A stretch of 49,171 bases of DNA from Bacteroidota bacterium (GCA_022709825.1 JAKLIC010000001.1:1-49171), one strand, 5' to 3'; shown: positions 1 through 10,770, counted from the stretch's first letter. Notes: generated by a model not told the origin, from the sequence alone. Program-made: numbers and translations.

Positions 1-1518
1 ATTCCATTAAGTAGAATTCATGAAATAACCAGAATAGATATGTGGTTTCTTAAACAATATGAAGAACTTTACCTACTAGAAAAAGAGATTTCAAATTTTT
101 CAATTGATACTTTATCCAAAGAATTGCTATTAGAAGCAAAGCAAAAAGGTTTTGCTGACAGACAAATTGCTCACATGATTCGTTGTTTGGAAAGTCAGGT
201 CTATAAAAAAAGAGAAGAACTTTCCGTGAATCGTGTTTATAAATTAGTCGACACTTGTGCCGCCGAATTTAAAGCTCAAACACCTTATTATTACTCAACT
301 TTTGAAGCAGATATAGAAACTCCAACGGGAGAAAGGTATGTTCATAATGAAAGTGTAGTTTCTGAAAAGAAAAAAGTGATAGTTTTGGGTTCGGGGCCAA
401 ATCGGATTGGGCAAGGTATTGAATTTGATTATTCCTGTGTGCATGGCGTTTTAGCGGCTAAAGAATGTGGTTATGAAACAATAATGATTAATTGTAATCC
501 GGAAACTGTTTCTACCGATTTTGATACAGCGGATAAATTATATTTTGAACCCGTTTTTTGGGAACATATTTACGACATCATCCGTCATGAAAAGCCGGAA
601 GGTGTAATTGTTCAATTAGGTGGTCAAACCGCTTTAAAATTAGCTGAAAAATTAGATCGTTACGGAATTAAGATTTTAGGAACTAGTTTTGATGCCTTAG
701 ATTTAGCCGAAGATAGAGGTCGTTTTTCTGAATTACTGAAAGAATTGAAAATACCATTTCCTCAATTTGGTGTTGCAGAAAATGCTGATCAGGCTATTGC
801 TTTAGCAGATGTATTGGATTTCCCATTATTGGTTAGACCTTCTTATGTCTTAGGTGGACAAGGGATGAAAATCGTTATCAATAAGCAGGAATTAGAGGAG
901 CATGTTATTGATTTATTAAAAAATATACCCGGAAATAAATTATTATTAGACCATTATTTGGATGGAGCCATTGAAGCAGAAGCAGATGCTATTTGTGATG
1001 GTGAAAATGTTTATATCATCGGAATTATGGAACATATTGAACCATGTGGTGTACATTCTGGAGATAGTAATGCTACATTGCCACCGTTTAATTTAGGTGA
1101 ATTTGTGATGCAACAAATAAAAGATCATACTCACAAAATTGCTTTAGCTCTCAAAACAGTAGGATTAATAAATATACAGTTTGCCATAAAAGATGATATT
1201 GTATACATCATTGAAGCCAATCCAAGAGCATCCAGAACAGTTCCTTTTATTGCAAAAGCCTATGGAGAACCTTATGTGAATTATGCTACAAAAGTGATGT
1301 TAGGTGAAAATAAAGTTACCGATTTTACTTTTAATCCACAATTAAAAGGATATGCCATTAAGCAACCGGTATTCTCCTTTAGTAAATTTCATGGTGTAAA
1401 CAAGAAACTTGGACCTGAAATGAAATCAACCGGAGAAAGTATTTTGTTTATTGATGATTTGAAAGATGACCAATTTTACGAATTGTATTCCAGACGCAAA
1501 ATGTATTTAAGTAAATAG
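1..1518 (+). CDS. carB: Carbamoyl-phosphate synthase large subunit, C-terminal part (5' truncated by window)
   Basis: Frame is open from base 1 (IPLSRIHEITRIDMWFL). CPS motifs VDTCAAEF, GSGPNRIGQGIEFDY, NCNPETVSTD, HSGDS, EANPRASRT, GPEMKSTGE. Confidence 0.98.
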   Translation: MPLSRIHEITRIDMWFLKQYEELYLLEKEISNFSIDTLSKELLLEAKQKGFADRQIAHMIRCLESQVYKKREELSVNRVYKLVDTCAAEFKAQTPYYYSTFEADIETPTGERYVHNESVVSEKKKVIVLGSGPNRIGQGIEFDYSCVHGVLAAKECGYETIMINCNPETVSTDFDTADKLYFEPVFWEHIYDIIRHEKPEGVIVQLGGQTALKLAEKLDRYGIKILGTSFDALDLAEDRGRFSELLKELKIPFPQFGVAENADQAIALADVLDFPLLVRPSYVLGGQGMKIVINKQELEEHVIDLLKNIPGNKLLLDHYLDGAIEAEADAICDGENVYIIGIMEHIEPCGVHSGDSNATLPPFNLGEFVMQQIKDHTHKIALALKTVGLINIQFAIKDDIVYIIEANPRASRTVPFIAKAYGEPYVNYATKVMLGENKVTDFTFNPQLKGYAIKQPVFSFSKFHGVNKKLGPEMKSTGESILFIDDLKDDQFYELYSRRKMYLSK

Positions 1519-1527
1519 AACTCATTC

Positions 1528-1554
1528 AAAAGACCTTTTTTAAGGTCTTTTTTT
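1528..1554 (+). terminator. Intrinsic terminator after carB
   Basis: AAAAGACCTT-TTTT-AAGGTCTTTT followed by a T run. Confidence 0.85.
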
Positions 1555-1631
1555 GCAAAATAGGGATTTGTAGTCTTTCTAAGTTAATTGTTAGCTTACT
1601 TATGCCTAAATTTGATAAAATAATAAATCTG

Positions 1632-3707
1632 ATGAAAACAGTAATGACTATTTTTGAGAATTCTATTATTAAAGGATCTTATTTCTTACTGTTTTTTTTC
1701 GCTTTTGGAGGTTATGCACAAACTTTTACAGATAGTAATTTACCAATTGTTATCATTACAACGGATATTAATCCCGATACTAATCAACCTTATGAAATTC
1801 CGGACGAACCAAGAGTTTTTGGTTCAATGAAGATAATTAAGCATCCGGATGGTTCCCGAAATTATATGTCAGATAGTAATACTGCTGAATTTTTAAATTA
1901 TGATGGACGCATAAATATCGAAATACGAGGTTCTTCCTCACAAGCTTTACCTAAGAAACCTTATGGATTAACAACTTTAAAACCTGATAATATCAGTAAT
2001 AACAATGTTAGTTTGTTAGGAATGCCAAGCGAAAATGACTGGGTTCTCAATAGTTTAGCTTTTGATCCTTCTTTGATTAGAGACCATTTATCGTATGCCA
2101 TTTCAAGACAAATGGGAAATTATGCACCGAGAACTGTTTATTGTGAAGTAGTTATTAACGGCGAGTACATTGGTTTATACCTTTTACAGGAAAAGATTAA
2201 AGCAGATTCTAATCGTGTAAATATTTTAAAAATTACGACTACTGATACTGCTTTGCCTAATGTTACCGGTGGATATATTACAAAAGCCGATAAAACAACC
2301 GGCGATGACCCTATTGCTTGGTCTATGCCATCTTATACCGGTGTTACGGATTATATTCATGATTTGCCTAAACCTGAAGATGTCACTCCCCAACAAAATT
2401 TTTATATTTATAATCAGTTTAGTTTATTGGCAAACACTTCTTCAATAGGTAATATAGCTATTACTAATGGTTATCCTTCAATAATTGATATTCCAACTTT
2501 TGTTGATTTTATGTTATCCAATGAGTTGGCATCTAATGTTGATGGTTATCAATACAGCACTTATTTTCATAAAGAACGAGCCGGTAAACTGAGAGCAGGA
2601 CCTATTTGGGATTTTAATCTTACGTACGGTAATGATTTGTTTCTTTGGGGATATGACCGAAGTAAAACAAATGTTTGGCAATTTGGCAATGAGGATAATG
2701 AAGGTTCAAAATTTTGGAAAGATTTGTTCAATAATTCAACTTTTAAATGTTATTTATCAAAGCGTTGGAATGAACTGAAGCAACCCGGAAATGCAATGAA
2801 TTTGGCATTTTTAAACACATTTATTGATGAAACGGTAACTTATATAAACGAAGCAAAGATCAGAGAGAATCAAAAATGGGGTACCATACCAAATCAGGAA
2901 CTTGAAATTACGAATTTAAAATCATTTTTAAGTATAAGGACTACTTGGATTACTAATAATATAGGTTCGTATTCGGCTTGTTCCTCGGTTTCAACTCCGT
3001 CATTGGTAATCACAAAGATTAACTATAATCCGTCTACTTCAATTGAGTATCCGGAAAGCAATGACTCAGAATTTATTGAAATTAAAAATACCGGATTACA
3101 AAACGTGCCCCTTTCCGGAATTTATTTTAAAGAATTAGGAATTTCGTACAGTTTCCCGGTTGGTTCGACTATTTTACAAGGGCAAAGTATTTATTTAGCC
3201 AGTAATGCAGATGTATTTTTAGCTAAATATGGTATTTCTGCATTTGGACAATTTACTAGAAATTTATCAAATAAATCTCAAAAGCTTATTTTAGCCGATG
3301 CATTTGGCAATACAATTGATTATGTAGAATATATGGATTCATCACCATGGCCAACTTTAGCAGACGGAAATGGGTACTATCTGCAATTGATAAGTACGGA
3401 TTTAGACAATAGTTTAGCTTCAAGTTGGACCACTACAGCCGACCAATCCCTATCCTCAATTGAATATACTTTTACTTCCGATTTAAAAATTTATCCAAAT
3501 CCGGTTAATTCAATTTTGAACGTTCAAGCTACTCAACGGATTACTAAAATTGAAATTTTTGATGTCTTTGGAAAAAAACTCCAAACCATGATTGATGATT
3601 CCGCATTCATTCATTTGAAAATGGATTCATTTGCAAAAGGAATTTATTTTCTAAAAATTTATGGTGGAGAAATGAGTTTTAAAGTTGAAAAAGTAATAAA
3701 ACAATAA
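1632..3707 (+). CDS. CotH-family kinase with lamin-tail-like domain and type-A T9SS C-terminal sorting domain
   Basis: CotH motifs IRGSSS..PKKPY, YIGLYLLQEKI, GPIWDFNL. LTD-like EFIEIKN..LSG. CTD IYPNP...GIYFLKI...KVIKQ. ATG 1632 preferred because a TAAATTTG -7 box lies at 1607-1614. Confidence 0.88.
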   Translation: MKTVMTIFENSIIKGSYFLLFFFAFGGYAQTFTDSNLPIVIITTDINPDTNQPYEIPDEPRVFGSMKIIKHPDGSRNYMSDSNTAEFLNYDGRINIEIRGSSSQALPKKPYGLTTLKPDNISNNNVSLLGMPSENDWVLNSLAFDPSLIRDHLSYAISRQMGNYAPRTVYCEVVINGEYIGLYLLQEKIKADSNRVNILKITTTDTALPNVTGGYITKADKTTGDDPIAWSMPSYTGVTDYIHDLPKPEDVTPQQNFYIYNQFSLLANTSSIGNIAITNGYPSIIDIPTFVDFMLSNELASNVDGYQYSTYFHKERAGKLRAGPIWDFNLTYGNDLFLWGYDRSKTNVWQFGNEDNEGSKFWKDLFNNSTFKCYLSKRWNELKQPGNAMNLAFLNTFIDETVTYINEAKIRENQKWGTIPNQELEITNLKSFLSIRTTWITNNIGSYSACSSVSTPSLVITKINYNPSTSIEYPESNDSEFIEIKNTGLQNVPLSGIYFKELGISYSFPVGSTILQGQSIYLASNADVFLAKYGISAFGQFTRNLSNKSQKLILADAFGNTIDYVEYMDSSPWPTLADGNGYYLQLISTDLDNSLASSWTTTADQSLSSIEYTFTSDLKIYPNPVNSILNVQATQRITKIEIFDVFGKKLQTMIDDSAFIHLKMDSFAKGIYFLKIYGGEMSFKVEKVIKQ

Positions 3708-3733
3708 GTGTTTAAAAAAATAGAATTAAATTT

Positions 3734-3782
3734 AAAAAACTCAAAACAAACAAATTCAAACTTGTTTATTTTGAGTTTTTTT
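3734..3782. terminator. Bidirectional terminator between convergent genes
   Basis: AAAAAACTCAAAACAAACAA...TTGTTTATTTTGAGTTTTTT imperfect inverted repeat with A/T tails. Confidence 0.8.
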
Positions 3783-3795
3783 GAGCTAATTTGAA

Positions 3796-5943
3796 TTAAT
3801 TTTTCTTTAGTAGAACTTTTTCCTGTGTAAATTGGTAAGAAGCATCTAAAAAGTCAACCATTTTTTTCCAATTGCTGTTTGGTTCAAAATAATTGGAATA
3901 ATATTTAGTCGTTTTAATAGTTATTAGATTACCGTTTTGTGTAGCAGTGCTGACAAAACCTCCTGTTTCATTTTCCACTTTTTTATTGAATTTTTCAAGT
4001 CCGGAGACAGTGTAACCCGCCGGAATTTCAAATTGAATTTCTTGTTCAATTTGTCTTGGGAACGTCATGTAAACATTATTTGTACGTTCTTTTTCTTTTT
4101 TAGAAAGCTCAATTTGCGATGTTAGAAATTTCCCTAATTCGACCATTAGATTGTTTCCGGCTTTTTTGATGTATTGGTCAGTAATGGTAAATTTTTCCGT
4201 GTATTGCATTGGTTCATTTCTGCCAAATCTGCCCGTATTTTTTATTTCCATCGAATAGTTTTCAATGTCAATTTCAAATTCTTCTTTTACAGATTTAATA
4301 AAACTTTCTTTTTGATTTTCTTTTGATTTTGCAATTAAGGCATCGAATTCTTTTGTGTACTGAGCTCTTTGTTTTTTGTTTTTTACAAGTTCCATTAATG
4401 GGGTATTGCCATATTTTTTATAATCTTCATATACATAATCAAAAAAGTACAATTTATCTGATTGTTCACCTTCTTTATAATGTCCAAATAATGACTGTTC
4501 ACGATTTACATTAAAACTGGAAAGGTCTTCTTTTAAACTGATTTTGGTAACTGATCGGTTGATATTGTCATTTTTCGTTGAACTTGGCAACGTTATTGAT
4601 TCTGCATCAATAATTTTTTTGCCTTTAGAAACCTGTAATAAATAAGCTTTGGTATTTTCAAGATTATAATCGAATTGGTCGGCACTCGTAAAAGGAGTAA
4701 AAAATTCCAGAAAAATAGGTTTAGGTGTATTTACTCTTAGCAAAATAGATACATTCTGTTGAATTAATAAATCTTTGATATCCCCGTTATATCGATCTGT
4801 TCCAACCACAATATCATATGAGATGTCATTTTTCTTCAAAAAGAACATAAAATGTCTGATGAAATGTTCTTCTGTATTAAAAAATATTGCATTGGGATAT
4901 AGCTCAAAAGGATAAAAAATATTGGCTTCTTTTGCCACAAATGCCTCCACATATTGAGTGAAGTATTGATGTCTGGTATAATAATATACTTCTCTAATTT
5001 TTTCTTCGTCATCTTTAAACTTCTTACCTTTTAAGAAGTCATTTATTTGAGAAATATTTCCTTCCGCAAGGAATTTTGAATCATAATAGTTGAAAATATC
5101 TTCTTTTGTAACGGTTGATTTTACGTCTTTTTCTTTCTCTGACAAAAAGGCTTTTGCCCTTTCCTCGAATTTACCGGAACGGGCAAAAAACACCTGAAAT
5201 TTATAGCATGGTAATTCTACTAAAGGATAAAACCAACGTGGAAAATCGTTTTTATCAAGATTCGTTGCTGCTAATTCATAGATGCGTTCTCCACTATTTT
5301 TGGTTGGTATTTGTGTTAATTTTGGAGCACCATTGTAGGTGTTAAAATTTACAAAGAAATCATTTTCTGTTTGAAAAGTCAGTTTGTATTCCATAATCGG
5401 ATATACATCTCCCAAATTTGTTTCTACCGGATCAAAGCCCACTTCGATGATTGATTTGAAAGGTTCTTCTGAATGCAGGTAATAATCAATTATATCACCA
5501 ATTTCTAAGTTTGGAATTGCTATTTTTTTTTCTTTATCAGCTACTACAGATTCCTTACTAACATCCAAAATATTTTCTTTGCCATCCGGTTTTATTACTT
5601 TTATACCAATTGAATTAGTGCCTCTTTTCATGGCATAACCTTTACTTGACAAAAAACGTTCGGTAAAAGTAAATTCAGAAAATTCTTTTACAGCTGCTTC
5701 ATCTAATAATTTTACCCTGATTCGTTTAGCCGAAGTATAATTTACATTTTTACCGAATTTGTGGTAATCATAAAAATCAAATTTATAAATAATAACTGCT
5801 GATTCATTTTTCCATTTGTCAGGAATAGCCACCGTTTTTGAATGAGTGTCTTGTTTTCCCCAAAAGAAGTCGCGAATCTTTACGTTATCTTGAGCATTGA
5901 TAGTGGTTGCAATTAAAAGGCAAAGAATAATAATTTTTTTCAT
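3796..5943 (-). CDS. Exported DUF3857/transglutaminase-like/DUF3858-type protein, catalytic triad apparently absent
   Basis: Signal peptide MKKIIILCLLIATTINA. IPNLEIGDIIDY (DUF3857-like) and C-terminal FEIPAGYTV. No GDC motif. Confidence 0.7.
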   Translation of the reverse strand: MKKIIILCLLIATTINAQDNVKIRDFFWGKQDTHSKTVAIPDKWKNESAVIIYKFDFYDYHKFGKNVNYTSAKRIRVKLLDEAAVKEFSEFTFTERFLSSKGYAMKRGTNSIGIKVIKPDGKENILDVSKESVVADKEKKIAIPNLEIGDIIDYYLHSEEPFKSIIEVGFDPVETNLGDVYPIMEYKLTFQTENDFFVNFNTYNGAPKLTQIPTKNSGERIYELAATNLDKNDFPRWFYPLVELPCYKFQVFFARSGKFEERAKAFLSEKEKDVKSTVTKEDIFNYYDSKFLAEGNISQINDFLKGKKFKDDEEKIREVYYYTRHQYFTQYVEAFVAKEANIFYPFELYPNAIFFNTEEHFIRHFMFFLKKNDISYDIVVGTDRYNGDIKDLLIQQNVSILLRVNTPKPIFLEFFTPFTSADQFDYNLENTKAYLLQVSKGKKIIDAESITLPSSTKNDNINRSVTKISLKEDLSSFNVNREQSLFGHYKEGEQSDKLYFFDYVYEDYKKYGNTPLMELVKNKKQRAQYTKEFDALIAKSKENQKESFIKSVKEEFEIDIENYSMEIKNTGRFGRNEPMQYTEKFTITDQYIKKAGNNLMVELGKFLTSQIELSKKEKERTNNVYMTFPRQIEQEIQFEIPAGYTVSGLEKFNKKVENETGGFVSTATQNGNLITIKTTKYYSNYFEPNSNWKKMVDFLDASYQFTQEKVLLKKN

Positions 5944-5947
5944 TAAA

Positions 5948-7867
5948 TTATGATTTTATTAAAGTGATGGATGAATTATAAAATTCGACAAGTTTTTTAT
6001 GAGTGGTATTCCATTTTTCTTGTTTGTTTTTTGGTAAAATTGCATTGTTGAAAATAAAAACTTTGCGATAAAGAAGCTCATTGCCTTTTTGTGAGAAAGA
6101 AACTTCTACTTGATAGTCTTCTTCTTTTTGAATTAAATTTTCAGGTAGCTTTTCAACTTTATATCCTGCAGGCAATACAATGGTTATTTCAGAATCATAT
6201 AACGTTTTATAATCAAGTTCATAATCTGTTTTACGGTCTTTTAAAGTGAATTTTTTATATTCATTCATGAATTCAAAGTTCAAATACATTTCGCCATCAA
6301 AGTTACTTAATCGGTTTTCAGATTCCAGTTCATAATCAATTGTTAGAGCTTGTTCCCTAGACTTTAAATCACTTGTTTTAATAGAAGTTACATGATTATT
6401 TTTGTCGTTTTTAGAAAGGTATCGTTCTAATGCTTCTGCTTTTTTATCCGTTTCAAAACTATTATAAATGTTTTGAAATTCAGTGCGACTTTCTCCTAAA
6501 TACGTTCTTTTACAAGAACCTTTCAGTTTTTCACCATCTACTACTAATTTTGCACGGAATGTCTCCTTGTTCTGACTTGCTTGTACGGTAGGAATTTTGC
6601 CGATTATATAAGTATCACCATTTTCAATTAAGGTTTCTTTATTTTGAATTCTTTCAGCATATTCCTCTAATGAAATATTTTTTTCAGTACCATCTAAATA
6701 GATTTGTTTTCCTTTGTATAGTACTGTGCAAATCATGTGGTTGTCAACTGAAAGTGAGGGTATGGAATAATCATACGCAATATGCTTTGTCCCAATCCAT
6801 GTAAGCCTAGCATCAAAACCGGCAATAATCATCATTTGTTTGATGAGGTTTGCCATTCCTTTACAATCACCATATCTTTTTTTGAATACGTTTTGTGAAT
6901 CGTCTGGTTTGAAACCCGCAATCCCATCTTCAAAAGCGATGTATCTTATATTATCTTGTACCCAATAATAAATGTTTTTTATTTTTTCTTCGTCAGTTTT
7001 AGCTTTCGCAGTCAGTTCAGTTACTTTACTTTTTAATTGCTCAGGGTCATCTTTCATTTGATCAATAAGTGATTTGTACCATTTATATAAATCGGCAGTT
7101 GAATTGAACAATGTGATTTTTTCACCATTCATTTCATATGATTTGGCAATGACTAAAAGATGTGGATATAAATAAGAACGACCGGGACTGTTTTCTTCTG
7201 AAATTAAAGCAGGAATGTCGTTAAATTCATAAACAATCGTTGTCGTGTTTTTTTTGGCGTCAGTTGTTTGGGTTTTTACGATAGAATGTCCTTGAAAGTT
7301 CATTTCTTTTAACTCTAAATTCAACCATTTTGGAATTGTGACTTTTATTTTTTTCTTAATCACCGGAAATTCATCATTAAAATAGATAGAAGTGAAATAT
7401 TTTACATCTTCGAATTTCTTATCGATATGATAATTATAAGTATACCCTTGAACAGGAAAATCTATTTTTACATGTTTGACACGGGCATCATTGTAAAATA
7501 AATCTTTGTCTTTGTAAAACTCATCTTGAACGGCAAAATAGGCTAATTTATCATTGCGGTATTTGATTGTGAAATTTTCAATTTTAGAAGAACTATCATA
7601 AAATTCATACTTGAAAATATCTGCCCGATGGTTGATATTCATTAATAATTCATCTACTGATAAATCTACAGTTACATTTGAAGAAGATTTATTGTAACCG
7701 AATGTGATATTCTCCATACTTTCAAGGATAGCTACATCTGATTTTTCATATTTACTTCTAATCGATTTTGCTAGGTCAATATCAGCAGGAGTAGGATCAA
7801 TATTTTTTTGTCCAAAAACTGAAAAGCTGATAAAAAGACAAAGAAGTAGAGTTACTTTGATATTCAT
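5948..7867 (-). CDS. Exported transglutaminase-like (DUF3857 + TGase core) protein
   Basis: Signal peptide. IYYWVQDNIRY, YGDCKG (Cys), DNHMI (His), YLDGT (Asp). Confidence 0.85.
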   Translation of the reverse strand: MNIKVTLLLCLFISFSVFGQKNIDPTPADIDLAKSIRSKYEKSDVAILESMENITFGYNKSSSNVTVDLSVDELLMNINHRADIFKYEFYDSSSKIENFTIKYRNDKLAYFAVQDEFYKDKDLFYNDARVKHVKIDFPVQGYTYNYHIDKKFEDVKYFTSIYFNDEFPVIKKKIKVTIPKWLNLELKEMNFQGHSIVKTQTTDAKKNTTTIVYEFNDIPALISEENSPGRSYLYPHLLVIAKSYEMNGEKITLFNSTADLYKWYKSLIDQMKDDPEQLKSKVTELTAKAKTDEEKIKNIYYWVQDNIRYIAFEDGIAGFKPDDSQNVFKKRYGDCKGMANLIKQMMIIAGFDARLTWIGTKHIAYDYSIPSLSVDNHMICTVLYKGKQIYLDGTEKNISLEEYAERIQNKETLIENGDTYIIGKIPTVQASQNKETFRAKLVVDGEKLKGSCKRTYLGESRTEFQNIYNSFETDKKAEALERYLSKNDKNNHVTSIKTSDLKSREQALTIDYELESENRLSNFDGEMYLNFEFMNEYKKFTLKDRKTDYELDYKTLYDSEITIVLPAGYKVEKLPENLIQKEEDYQVEVSFSQKGNELLYRKVFIFNNAILPKNKQEKWNTTHKKLVEFYNSSITLIKS

Positions 7868-7995
7868 AAAAATAATTTTCCGCTAATTAAATAAAAATAA
7901 ATAGGAAAAACTATGTTTTATAAGAATAACTTAAGAATAAATCTGTTAAAAATTACACCGAAATTATAAACAGATAAATAGTAAAATAATACTGT

Positions 7996-8436
7996 TTATT
8001 TGAAATATTTAAAGGGAATTATAAGCATGCCAAAGCATTCTCCATGCTCCTTTCCAATGTGCTTATGATGCATTTTGTGTGCTCTTCTTAATGCTCTTGC
8101 ATATATATTATTTGCATTTCTGAAAAGTTTAAATCGCTGATGAATAAAGATGTCGTGGACAAAAAAATAAGTTAATCCGTAGGCTAAAATTCCTAAGCCA
8201 ATGGCCAAACCTAGTTCTAAAATTTCATATTTCCACAAGAGAAAAAAACTAATGCTAACGATTGCATAAAATATAAAGAAAGTATCGTTTCGTTCAAACC
8301 AAGAATCATGGTCTTTTTTGTGATGATCGGCATGAAGATGCCATAAAATACCGTGCATAATATATTTATGCGTAAACCAAGCCATAAATTCCATCATGAA
8401 AAAGGTGGCAAAAAAAATGAGAATATGAATCCACAT
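7996..8436 (-). CDS. crtZ: Beta-carotene hydroxylase
   Basis: His boxes HKYIMH, HADHH, HDIFIH, HKMHH; ME..AW..H and FERND motifs; follows crtB. Confidence 0.93.
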   Translation of the reverse strand: MWIHILIFFATFFMMEFMAWFTHKYIMHGILWHLHADHHKKDHDSWFERNDTFFIFYAIVSISFFLLWKYEILELGLAIGLGILAYGLTYFFVHDIFIHQRFKLFRNANNIYARALRRAHKMHHKHIGKEHGECFGMLIIPFKYFK

Positions 8437-8448
8437 AATAGGTTAAGT

Positions 8449-9288
8449 TTAAATAATATTTAATCGATAATTAAGATAACATTTTGCTAGAAGTCCTGCT
8501 TTTTCGTAATCAGGCACTCTAATACGCGTGTTTTTAATTTCTAATGAAGGTGTCTTTTTTAATTTTGACAACAATTTTTTATAATAAATATAGGCTGTAT
8601 AAACACCAAATTTAGCTTCAATTGGAAGTTTTTGAATCCCCACAAATCCTGCAGCAAAGTCTGATTCAATTTCTGCTATAATCTCTTGTTTTGAAGTTTC
8701 ATCCAGTTGATTTAAATTCGTATTAGGAAAATAAGTTCTGTTTAAATCTTCAAAATCAGCCTTCAAATCTCTTAAAAAATTCACTTTTTGAAAAGCAGAA
8801 CCCAATCGCATGGCACTGTGCTTTAATTCTTCATATAATTCTTCATTTCCTTTTACAAAAACTTTTAAACACATTAAGCCAACCACATCTGCAGAACCAT
8901 AAATATATTCTTGGTATTCAGCAGTGGTTTGATATTCTTTTTTGTATAAATCCTGTTTCATACTTTTCATAAACGCATCAATTAAATCTTTTGGGATTTC
9001 ATAACGATTCACAGTATGTTGAAAAGAGTTTAAAATTGGATTTAAACTAATTTTATTTTGTAATGCTTTTTCTAAATCATGTTCAAATAATTCAAAAAGG
9101 AGTTCTTTATCATATTGATGAAACGAATCTACAATTTCATCTGCAAATCGAACAAATCCATAAATATTATAAATATCTTCCCGAATACTGGGAGCCAGCA
9201 TTTTTACGGCAGAAGAAAAGGATGTGCTGTAAGATTTAGTCACTAACTTACTGCATTCAAAGGATACATGGTCAAAAATTGATTTCAT
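8449..9288 (-). CDS. crtB: Phytoene synthase
   Basis: YSTSF, YGFVRFADEIVD, AFQKVNFLRD..D..L.R.YFP. Confidence 0.95.
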   Translation of the reverse strand: MKSIFDHVSFECSKLVTKSYSTSFSSAVKMLAPSIREDIYNIYGFVRFADEIVDSFHQYDKELLFELFEHDLEKALQNKISLNPILNSFQHTVNRYEIPKDLIDAFMKSMKQDLYKKEYQTTAEYQEYIYGSADVVGLMCLKVFVKGNEELYEELKHSAMRLGSAFQKVNFLRDLKADFEDLNRTYFPNTNLNQLDETSKQEIIAEIESDFAAGFVGIQKLPIEAKFGVYTAYIYYKKLLSKLKKTPSLEIKNTRIRVPDYEKAGLLAKCYLNYRLNII

Positions 9289-9309
9289 AGCGGTAACTTA
9301 TAACTTGAT

Positions 9310-10770
9310 TTATGAATACTTCTCAATTAATTCTGAAACTAATTTTCCCGAAATTAAAGAGGGAGGAACACCAGGCCCAGGCACTGTTAATTGACCAGTA
9401 AAATAGAGATTTTCCACCTTTTTACTTTTTAATTTTGGTCTCAAAAAAGCCGTTTGCATAAGTGTATTTGCCATTCCATATGCATTCCCTTTGAAGGAAT
9501 TGTAATCTTTTATGAAATCGTTTACACAAAATGATTCCATAAAAAGAATATTATTTTTTATATTTTGTTGTGTTAATTTTTCAAAACGTGTAATTATTTT
9601 TTCAAAATATTTTTTTCTGATTGCTTCAGTGTCTTCAATTCCGGGTGCTAATGGTATTAAAAATATACCGGCTTCTTTCCCTGATGGTGCTACGGACGAA
9701 TCTGTTTTTGATGGGAAACTGGCATAAAACAAAGGTTCTTCCGGCCATTTTGGGTTGTCATAAATAGCTTCCGCATGTTTTTCAAAGGAGACATCAAAAA
9801 ATAACGTATGGTGTTCTACATTTTCAATTTTTTTATCAAATCCAATGTAAAATAAAAGTGAGGAGGGAGCAAATGTTTTCTTTTCCCAAAATGATTCAGA
9901 ATATACTCTATCTTTTTTGTCCAATAATGTTTCTGTATGGTGATAATCAGCACCACTTAAAACGATGTCACAAAAATGTTTTTTACCATTCACTTGGATA
10001 CCAATAGCAACTTTATTTTCAACTATAATTTTATCTACCGATGCATTTGTTTCAACCACCACGCCGAGTTCTTTTGCTAAAGTTTCCATAGCAAGTACAA
10101 CACTATACATTCCATTTTTTGGATGCCATGTTCCTAATCCAAAATCTGCAAAATTCATAAAACTATAAAAAGCAGGAGTATCACTTGGTTTTGCTCCCAG
10201 AAATAAGACAGGAAATTCTAAAACTTGGATGAGTTTATCATTTTTGAAACGTTTTCGAACCTCTTTACTGATAGTAGAAAAAAATTGACCTACTTTTTTA
10301 GCAGTTTCTAATGTTATTAATTCCAGCGGTGAAACGCCCGGATTATAAACTAAATCCTTAATGGCAATATCATAATTTTTTTTGGCTTCTGCCATAAATT
10401 TTTCTAGTGTTCTGCCACTTCCTTTTTCAATTGATTCAAAGGTATTGATTATTTCAGGTAAATTATCAGCTATTGTAACAAAATCACGAATCCCAAAATA
10501 AACTTGATAAGCGGGAGAGAGTTTTATTAATTTGTAATAATCAGAAGGTTTTTTGCCAAAATCAGCAAAAAATCTTTCAAAAACATCAGGCATCCAATAC
10601 CAAGTTGGGCCAATGTCAAAGGTGAACCCTTCTTTTTTTAATTGTCGAGCACGGCCACCAATTGTTGAATTTTTTTCAAAAACCGTTACGTCATGCCCTG
10701 CTTTCGCTAAATAGCAAGCTGCTGCTAATGCAGAAAATCCGGAACCAATAATGTGTATATTTTTCTTCAT
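9310..10770 (-). CDS. crtI: Phytoene desaturase
   Basis: IIGSGFS FAD motif, GGRAR, FDIGPTW, C-terminal YFTGQLTVPGPGVPPSLISG. ATG 10770 preferred over TTG 10782. Confidence 0.93.
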   Translation of the reverse strand: MKKNIHIIGSGFSALAAACYLAKAGHDVTVFEKNSTIGGRARQLKKEGFTFDIGPTWYWMPDVFERFFADFGKKPSDYYKLIKLSPAYQVYFGIRDFVTIADNLPEIINTFESIEKGSGRTLEKFMAEAKKNYDIAIKDLVYNPGVSPLELITLETAKKVGQFFSTISKEVRKRFKNDKLIQVLEFPVLFLGAKPSDTPAFYSFMNFADFGLGTWHPKNGMYSVVLAMETLAKELGVVVETNASVDKIIVENKVAIGIQVNGKKHFCDIVLSGADYHHTETLLDKKDRVYSESFWEKKTFAPSSLLFYIGFDKKIENVEHHTLFFDVSFEKHAEAIYDNPKWPEEPLFYASFPSKTDSSVAPSGKEAGIFLIPLAPGIEDTEAIRKKYFEKIITRFEKLTQQNIKNNILFMESFCVNDFIKDYNSFKGNAYGMANTLMQTAFLRPKLKSKKVENLYFTGQLTVPGPGVPPSLISGKLVSELIEKYS

